A stretch of DNA of 5,125 bases from Candidatus Woesearchaeota archaeon (GTDB lineage Archaea; Nanobdellota; Nanobdellia; Nanobdellales; Nanobdellaceae). The notes under the pieces were generated by a model. It ran no database searches. It saw only the letters and a list, made by a program, of their open reading frames with translations, and was not told where the DNA came from. A program made the translations under genes and the position numbers. The stretch covers positions 1-5,125 of the forward strand of contig CAYXSZ010000046.1 of NCBI GenBank assembly GCA_964468425.1, given 5' to 3'. Positions 1 through 4,091 of this stretch are shown piece by piece. Position 1 is the first letter of the stretch. Each line of letters opens with the position of its first letter.

Positions 1-87
1 GAATTCGCTCCGACCACCAAGAAACCAGAACACTCTGCCCCAGGAGTGGGAGCTTCCAAATCTACAAAGCACCTACATGTAAAATAA
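1..87 (+). CDS. Possible 3' end (last 28 codons plus stop) of an unidentified gene entering from the left edge. This is a tentative call; alternative readings are given in the findings.
   Basis: Frame +1 is open from base 1 to TAA at 85-87 and reads EFAPTTKKPEHSAPGVGASKSTKHLHVK, a plausible Pro/Thr/Lys/Ser-rich disordered tail. The codon-aligned antisense frame reads VLCRFGSSHSWGRVFWFLGGRSEF, which is rich in Trp and Cys and uses a rare CGG codon, so it looks more like a shadow frame. The segment is too short for any homology call. Confidence 0.3.
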   Translation, partial: EFAPTTKKPEHSAPGVGASKSTKHLHVK

Positions 88-91
88 AAAA
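81..91 (-). terminator. Oligo-T tract immediately downstream of the rpoB'' stop codon (TTTTTTATTTT read on the minus strand)
   Basis: Plus-strand bases 81-91 are aaaataaaaaa, which gives T6-A-T4 on the minus strand starting 2 nt after the TAA at 95-93. Archaeal RNA polymerase terminates at oligo-dT runs (established knowledge). The assignment is by position only. Confidence 0.4.
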
Positions 92-92
92 G

Positions 93-1577
93 TTATTCAA
101 TTACTGGCTTCAATCCAAGCTTTTTCAACTCCTTTATCAGATCTTCTTTCTTAATTTCTTGGAAAGTTATTCTCGACAGTAAACAAAGATTCTTTCTTAA
201 ACCAGTATTTTTTCCCTCTGGTGTCTCTATAAGATCTAGTCTACCCCAGTGTGTCCCGTGAGCCATTCTAGCTTCTAAAAGCTCTGCTTCTCCCGAGATT
301 GACGACCAGGTTCTCGTTAGATGAGATAACACCGCCAATTTGTTGGTTCTGTCTAAAACTTGAGAAACTCCGGTTCTTCCCCTAGTCCACTGTCCAGTAC
401 CCATAGCAGACTCGAATCTTTCTGTGAAAACCTTCGATCTAAAAATAGTAGCAACATTAGGATACTTTCCTCTCCTTGCAAGTCTATGGTATTGATGCAA
501 AGCGTCGTTTACAAGGTTTCGGAAAATTACTCTAAACAGATCTCTCATCAAGTCTCCAGGAAGTCTAATCATCTTGTGCATGAAGTGATCCTTAACATCT
601 TCCTCGATCTTCCCGTGAGCTAAGAGCAACAACTTTCTAGCCATTTTCAACAAGTTGTATGCTTTAAACAACCTGTAATCTCTTGTGGTTCCAATGTGAG
701 GTAGTAAGTAGCTATCCAAAACAATCCGAACTTTTTCCTTTTTAACATCTTCCCCACCGGTGAACTTGAACTTGTTCGCTAGCCAAAGGATCGCTTCTTC
801 TTTACTTTGAATGTCGACGAATTCGTAAAGATTTATGTAAGTCTCTTCGAATTCGTCATTTTCGTTGATGAACTTTGCAATTTCAGAATCCTTTTCAATT
901 CCAAGTGCCTTAACTATAGGAATAATTGGAATTCTCTTGAACTTCCCGAAGGAGAGATAAATTAATCCATCGCCCAGAAGCTCCATTCTGTGAGGAATCG
1001 AAACTGTTTTAGCCTCCGAAAAGATAAAACCCCTAAACTTGACGGGACCTTCTCCTTCTTCCACGTAGAATTTGTTAGTAGCTAGCTCTTCCGACATGAT
1101 TAAAACCCTTTCAGTTCCGTTAATGATGAAGTAACCGCCGTAGTCATATGGATCTTCTCCAAGCTCCATCAATTCCTCTTCCGAAAGCCCATAAAGGTTA
1201 CAATACTTGGACTTAACCATTATTGGAATTCTTCCTATGGGAACTACATATTTAGTGCTAAGAGCGCCATTTTCCCACAGAGAGAATTCAACGTAAACAG
1301 GACCAGAGTATGTTATATTTCTTATTCTAGCTTCGTTCGGATAAATTATCCGCGATATTCCTTCCCTTTCAACGTAGTCAGCCTTCCCAAGCCAGGCTCG
1401 CTCGAATCTTAATTTAAGCTCTTTTAAACCCGGAGGAAGGATCTTCGGCTCAACCTCCCCTACCTCCCGGACAATCTCGGAAATCTCAACATCGGCGAAG
1501 TAGTTAAAGGATTCTATTTGAGTCTCAAGCACGTTGTGTTCCTCGAAGTACTTATAGAAAAGCAAGTACTTATCCAT
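93..1577 (-). CDS. rpo2N: DNA-directed RNA polymerase subunit B'' (Rpo2N), the N-terminal half of a split subunit B
   Basis: The ORF track gives 93..1619 (508 aa). Near the C-terminus, HWGRLDLIETPEGKNTGLRKNL matches the universally conserved HYGRxCPxETPEGxNxGLxKNL block of beta/Rpb2/B. The N-terminus, YFEEHNVLETQIESFNYF, resembles the LVxQHxDSFNxF start of archaeal B. A length of about 500 aa and a position directly after rpoH fit B''. I prefer the ATG at 1577 (MDKYLL...) because GGAG lies 5 nt upstream and that start avoids overlapping rpoH. ATGs at 1592 and 1619 are alternative starts. Confidence 0.93.
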   Translation of the reverse strand: MDKYLLFYKYFEEHNVLETQIESFNYFADVEISEIVREVGEVEPKILPPGLKELKLRFERAWLGKADYVEREGISRIIYPNEARIRNITYSGPVYVEFSLWENGALSTKYVVPIGRIPIMVKSKYCNLYGLSEEELMELGEDPYDYGGYFIINGTERVLIMSEELATNKFYVEEGEGPVKFRGFIFSEAKTVSIPHRMELLGDGLIYLSFGKFKRIPIIPIVKALGIEKDSEIAKFINENDEFEETYINLYEFVDIQSKEEAILWLANKFKFTGGEDVKKEKVRIVLDSYLLPHIGTTRDYRLFKAYNLLKMARKLLLLAHGKIEEDVKDHFMHKMIRLPGDLMRDLFRVIFRNLVNDALHQYHRLARRGKYPNVATIFRSKVFTERFESAMGTGQWTRGRTGVSQVLDRTNKLAVLSHLTRTWSSISGEAELLEARMAHGTHWGRLDLIETPEGKNTGLRKNLCLLSRITFQEIKKEDLIKELKKLGLKPVIE

Positions 1578-1582
1578 TTTAT

Positions 1583-1586
1583 CTCC
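1583..1586 (-). promoter_or_regulatory. Shine-Dalgarno-like GGAG preceding the preferred rpoB'' start
   Basis: The minus strand reads TGGAGATAAAATG, with GGAG 5 nt before the ATG at 1577-1575. It lies in the 25-nt gap after the rpoH stop at 1605-1603. Operon-internal genes in archaea often keep an SD site. Confidence 0.3.
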
Positions 1587-1602
1587 AACCATTTTATGTT
1601 TA

Positions 1603-1887
1603 TTAATCTTCAACAACAACTCGGTAATAGATGTACTCTCCAGCCGTAGGAGACTTTCTAATTATCTTGACAATGTCGCCAGGTTTGGGATTCAAGTGTT
1701 TAATAGCGGGATCGCTAACCTTTATGCGAGGAAGATCGCTGAGTTTGATCCCCAATTCCTTTAAGAGTTTCTTCTTTTCCTCCTCAGAAAGAAGAATATG
1801 CTTCGGAACCAGCTCGTGTTTAGTGATATCAATTTCGATCTTGGCGGGTTTTTGCTTTGCCTTCTTGGAAGAATTCTTCTTAGACAT
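1603..1887 (-). CDS. rpoH: DNA-directed RNA polymerase subunit H (Rpo5, Rpb5 C-terminal domain homologue) with a Lys-rich N-terminal extension
   Basis: The 94-aa ORF contains [69 protein letters not shown]. This follows the RpoH/Rpb5 signature H-x-LVP-x-H...EE...LP-x-I...DP...G-D-x-x-K-I-x-R-x-S...YR-x-V. It sits directly upstream of rpoB'', as in the canonical archaeal rpoH-rpoB order. Confidence 0.9.
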   Translation of the reverse strand: MSKKNSSKKAKQKPAKIEIDITKHELVPKHILLSEEEKKKLLKELGIKLSDLPRIKVSDPAIKHLNPKPGDIVKIIRKSPTAGEYIYYRVVVED

Positions 1888-1897
1888 ATTTAAAATG

Positions 1898-1905
1898 TTT
1901 TTAAA
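1898..1905 (+). promoter_or_regulatory. TATA-like box TTTTTAAA, candidate promoter of the ATP-grasp gene
   Basis: An 8-nt A/T box is followed by exactly 21 nt (1906-1926) before the ATG at 1927. The box centre is about 25.5 nt upstream, the usual archaeal TATA-to-TSS distance, which implies a leaderless or nearly leaderless mRNA. A purine-rich aaaatg lies upstream in the BRE position. An alternative box, tttaaaat at 1889-1896, would give a leader of about 9 nt. Confidence 0.4.
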
Positions 1906-1908
1906 GGC

Positions 1909-1916
1909 TTTTTAAA
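1909..1916 (-). promoter_or_regulatory. TATA-like box (TTTAAAAA on the minus strand), candidate promoter of rpoH-rpoB''
   Basis: The minus strand reads ATAAAG-TTTAAAAA-GCC, with exactly 21 nt (1908-1888) between the box and the rpoH ATG at 1887. The context TAAA(G)TTTAAAAAG is the same as the box upstream of the first PlsY-like gene. Confidence 0.45.
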
Positions 1917-1926
1917 CTTTATTGTC

Positions 1927-2754
1927 ATGAGTATTTTGGTTCTCTGCGATCTCTCGAAGAACGGATACATATCTAATCGTTTTCTTGAAGACTCGAGAGA
2001 TTTTCCAGAGATTACAGTCAAATCTCCGAGATCTTTTTCAATCCCTTTTAACAAGAAATTCTTCGAAAAATATAGAGTGGTATTTTTCTTTACACCATCG
2101 ATAGTTGGTGAAAACTGTTATTTATTTTCAAAGAAGCTCAAAAAACTTGGAAAAATAGTTATCAACGAAACGCATTACAAGATTGGATACATTAGCAAAA
2201 CAATCCTTTATACAATTCTCTCTGAAAAAAAGATGAGAGTTCCTCGCTTTGTTCGAATTTTTTCTCCAGCGAAAATCAAATTAGTAGAAAAATTGGGATT
2301 TCCATTAGTAGCAAAGCACGCGTTTAGACACAGAGGTAGTGAAGTTAAATTAATTAAAGATCGCAAAGAACTCAAGCAGTTCCTTTTGGAAAACAAAAAA
2401 AGTTTAAAGTATTATGTTTTTCAAGAGTTCGTCCCGTATAAAAGAGACATTCGATTGATATTCGTCGGAGATTGTGTGCTGGGCGCGATCCAAAGAATTG
2501 GAAAAGATTTCAGGGCAAACCTATCCCTAGGAGGGCGCGCCAAAGAAATTTCCGTTGGTAGAAAGCTAAAATTTATAGCTAACAAGGTTTCTAAGATTCT
2601 TCACGCGAAAGTTTTCAGTATAGACATCTTAGAATCAGAAGATGGAAAATACTATGTTATAGATTATCATAACTTCTTCCAGTTCAAAGGATTCGAAGAG
2701 GTTACGGGAAAGAAAGTTCCGAAAAGTATCTACAAATTCCTAGTGACATTGTAA
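1927..2754 (+). CDS. ATP-grasp ligase of the RimK family (RimK/LysX/MptN/CofF-like); substrate unknown
   Basis: The 275-aa ORF is colinear by eye with E. coli RimK. Matches are: LGFPLVAKHA...GSEV with PLVVKL..GTQGIGV; VFQEFV with VQEYI; DIRLIFVGDCVLGAIQR with DIRCLVVGDEVVAAIER; DFRANLSLGGRA with DFRSNLHRGGAA; FSIDIL with GVDIL; and a C-terminal EEVTGKKV with EKTTGIDI. Confidence 0.85.
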   Translation: MSILVLCDLSKNGYISNRFLEDSRDFPEITVKSPRSFSIPFNKKFFEKYRVVFFFTPSIVGENCYLFSKKLKKLGKIVINETHYKIGYISKTILYTILSEKKMRVPRFVRIFSPAKIKLVEKLGFPLVAKHAFRHRGSEVKLIKDRKELKQFLLENKKSLKYYVFQEFVPYKRDIRLIFVGDCVLGAIQRIGKDFRANLSLGGRAKEISVGRKLKFIANKVSKILHAKVFSIDILESEDGKYYVIDYHNFFQFKGFEEVTGKKVPKSIYKFLVTL

Positions 2755-2755
2755 A

Positions 2756-2763
2756 TTTAAAAA
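2756..2763 (+). promoter_or_regulatory. TATA-like box TTTAAAAA, candidate promoter of the PlsY-like gene pair
   Basis: The sequence reads GTAAA-TTTAAAAA-GTT and starts 2 nt after the ATP-grasp stop codon. Exactly 21 nt (2764-2784) separate it from the ATG at 2785. Box, context and spacing match the rpoH promoter candidate. Confidence 0.45.
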
Positions 2764-2784
2764 GTTAAATAGGTTCGATCTACT

Positions 2785-3378
2785 ATGCATATGCTCGATC
2801 TGTTGGCTGGAATTGTCTTAGCATACATCTATGGCGCGATTCCATTTGGATTAATAATTTCCAAGAAGCTCGGAGTCGACATCACCAAAGTTGGCTCTGG
2901 AAATGTGGGAACTGCGAACGTATATAGAAATCTTGGAGCAAAACCAGCGATTATAGTATTTCTATTGGACTTTTCGAAGGGTATTTTTGCATACTTGATT
3001 GGAGTAATTCTTAACTCGAATCCATTAGTTTTTGAAGTCTTTAGCTTGCTAGGAAACATACACTCTGTTTTTATGGGTTTTAGGGGAGGAAAAGGATTCG
3101 CAAACCTTTTGGGATTCGTGTTCGCATATTTTCTAACTCCGTTTCCCGAGGTTTTATTAGTTCTACTAGTTATATATTTGACTACTTTATTACTAACGGG
3201 AATAACTTCGTTAGCAAACATTTTTTTCGTTTTAGAACTAAATCTAATTACGATGCTCCTAAAAGCTTACAGCCCGTTTTACATAGTTTACCTAGCGTTA
3301 ATACTGTACAGTCATCGAGACAACGTGATAAGGCTCTTGAAGAGAAAGGAACACGTTACGTTTAAACTATGGATCTAG
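2785..3378 (+). CDS. plsY: PlsY-family integral membrane protein (PF02660/COG0344, acyl-phosphate:glycerol-3-phosphate acyltransferase family), copy 1 with canonical motifs
   Basis: The 197-aa ORF is highly hydrophobic with multiple predicted TM segments. All PlsY signature blocks are present: IPFGLIISK...GSGNVGTANV (motif 1, residues 37-45), LLDFSKG (motif 2), HSVFMGFRGGKGFA (motif 3) and C-terminal YSHRDNVIRLLKRKE, which matches RHxxNIxRLxxGxE. The second Met at 2791 is an alternative start. Confidence 0.85.
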   Translation: MHMLDLLAGIVLAYIYGAIPFGLIISKKLGVDITKVGSGNVGTANVYRNLGAKPAIIVFLLDFSKGIFAYLIGVILNSNPLVFEVFSLLGNIHSVFMGFRGGKGFANLLGFVFAYFLTPFPEVLLVLLVIYLTTLLLTGITSLANIFFVLELNLITMLLKAYSPFYIVYLALILYSHRDNVIRLLKRKEHVTFKLWI

Positions 3379-3935
3379 TTTTGCCTCTTTTGATATATCT
3401 GTTCTACATTCACGGATCCTTCCCAACAGCGTTTGTAGTTACTTATTTCTATTCTAGAAAAGATGTAACTAAAATTGGAAGCAAAAACATAGGAGCCTTA
3501 AACACATACAGAGCGACGAGAAACCTCGCGCTTACCCTTTTAGTCCTTACAAACGATATTCTTAAAGGAGTAATTCCTTATATCGTACTTTCGACTCTTT
3601 ATCCTCAGTACGTATTTCTTGCGTTTTTTGGAATCTTGGGACACAACTATCCAATATTCTCTAAGTTTAAGGGAGGACGAGGTATTGCAGCGCTGCTAGG
3701 ATTGTTGCTCGTCGTAAATCCAGCGTTGTTCTTAATGTGGTGTGTGGTTTGGGCTATTGGATATTTAGCAACGAGGTACATTTTTGTAGGAGCGATGTCC
3801 GCTACAATTGTACTTTTAATATTTGGAATTCTTTCGAAAAATTGGCTTTTGGTGGTCTCCTCAATTATAGTTCTCTCCAAATACAAAGAAAAAGTTGAAC
3901 TATTTTTCAAAGGACTGGAGCCTAAAGGTTTGTAA
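3369..3935 (+). CDS. PlsY-family integral membrane protein, copy 2 (divergent paralogue with altered motif 1)
   Basis: The 188-aa hydrophobic ORF is colinear with copy 1. It reads GSKNIGALNT at the same residues 37-45, where copy 1 has GSGNVGTANV. It also has NDILKG, GHNYPIFSKFKGGRGIA and C-terminal KYKEKVELFFKGLEPK. Its ATG at 3369 overlaps the copy 1 stop (TAG 3376-3378) by 10 nt in a different frame. Confidence 0.8.
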   Translation: MDLVLPLLIYLFYIHGSFPTAFVVTYFYSRKDVTKIGSKNIGALNTYRATRNLALTLLVLTNDILKGVIPYIVLSTLYPQYVFLAFFGILGHNYPIFSKFKGGRGIAALLGLLLVVNPALFLMWCVVWAIGYLATRYIFVGAMSATIVLLIFGILSKNWLLVVSSIIVLSKYKEKVELFFKGLEPKGL

Positions 3936-3941
3936 TTTTTT
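3936..3941 (+). terminator. T6 run immediately after the stop of PlsY-like copy 2; it may also form part of the A/T-rich tRNA promoter region
   Basis: The sequence taa-tttttt-agaaaataa has the oligo-T run starting directly after TAA at 3933-3935. The same A/T tract (3934-3950) is centred about 20-25 nt upstream of the tRNA 5' end, so a TATA-like role for the tRNA is equally possible. Confidence 0.35.
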
Positions 3942-3960
3942 AGAAAATAATCATTTTATA

Positions 3961-4032
3961 GCGCCGGTCGTCTAGCGGCTAGGATACGGGCCCCCCAAGC
4001 CCGTGGCCCGGGTTCGAATCCCGGCCGGCGCA
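3961..4032 (+). tRNA. tRNA-Gly, anticodon CCC, 72 nt, no intron, CCA not encoded
   Basis: A manual cloverleaf fold works. The acceptor is GCGCCGG/CCGGCGC (7 G-C pairs) with TC at positions 8-9. The D arm is GTCT-AGCGGCTA-GGAT, containing A14 and GG. The anticodon arm is CGGGC-CCCCCAA-GCCCG and the variable loop is TGGC. The T arm is CCGGG-TTCGAAT-CCCGG and the discriminator is A. C2-G71, G3-C70 and A73 fit archaeal Gly identity. The anticodon CCC lies at 3994-3996, and position 33 (3993) is C rather than U. Confidence 0.9.
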
Positions 4033-4074
4033 TATTCTATGTAACCCCCGCTAAAGCTTTGTTAGTAAATAGCC

Positions 4075-4079
4075 AAAAA
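4075..4079 (-). terminator. Weak oligo-T (T5 on the minus strand) downstream of nrdG
   Basis: After the nrdG stop (TAA at 4094-4092) the minus strand reads TTACAACTTTAGTTTTTGG. The call rests on position and composition only. Confidence 0.25.
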
Positions 4080-4091
4080 CTAAAGTTGTAA

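Noticed and set aside
1-6. The window starts with an EcoRI site (GAATTC), which might mark a cloning boundary or an artefact.
   Set aside because: GAATTC occurs repeatedly inside this AT-rich window, for example near 820, 850 and 1871, so its presence at the edge is unremarkable.
1-19. GAATTCGCTCCGACCACCA looks superficially like the 3' end of a tRNA (T-loop GAAT…, then acceptor, then ACCA).
   Set aside because: No register works. Placing CCA at 17-19 gives a T-stem of TTCGC with T at position 61 and a T-loop ending GAA, which violates A58 and G53-C61. Other registers fail as well. There is no GTTC T-arm in 1-92 on either strand.
31-48. A hairpin CACTC-tgccccag-GAGTG (5-bp stem, 8-nt loop) in the GC-rich left end. 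It could be part of an ncRNA or a tRNA half.
   Set aside because: The stem is short and the loop length is wrong for an anticodon arm. No C/D box (TGATGA/CTGA) or other RNA-family signature is present. It is kept only as part of the unresolved 1-92 finding.
360-623. An 87-aa plus-strand ORF inside rpoB''. The other antisense ORFs in the track are of the same kind: 1631-1915 (+), 2208-2396 (-), 2829-3221 (-), 3647-3910 (-), 4507-4695 (+) and 4714-5070 (+).
   Set aside because: All of them lie entirely antisense to ORFs with strong family signatures. Their translations are low-complexity, rich in Ser, Arg and Leu, or mirror images of hydrophobic genes, and carry no recognisable motifs. They are shadow ORFs.
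818-856. A direct repeat of cgaattcgt (818-826 and 848-856), 30 nt apart.
   Set aside because: It lies inside rpoB'' coding sequence and simply encodes two -EF- dipeptides (…DEFEE…YEFVD…). It is too short and has no flanking structure suggesting a repeat element.
3961-4032. Reading the tRNA on the minus strand gives the anticodon loop TTGGGGG, which would be a neat tRNA-Pro(GGG) with U33 and G37.
   Set aside because: The minus-strand orientation places ATTCGAA where the D-loop should be and has no GTTCGAATC T-arm at the 3' side. Only the plus strand gives a valid cloverleaf (A14, GG, TTCGAAT, A73).
4033-4091. The convergent tRNA/nrdG intergenic spacer, with the palindrome AAAGCTTT (4053-4060) and a GCTA…TAGC 4-bp inverted repeat. 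It could be a small RNA, an att site or a regulatory hairpin.
   Set aside because: The palindrome is only 8 nt (a HindIII site) and the stem only 4 bp with a long loop. No copy of the tRNA 3' end that would indicate an integration scar occurs elsewhere in the window. The spacer is most simply shared terminator space.
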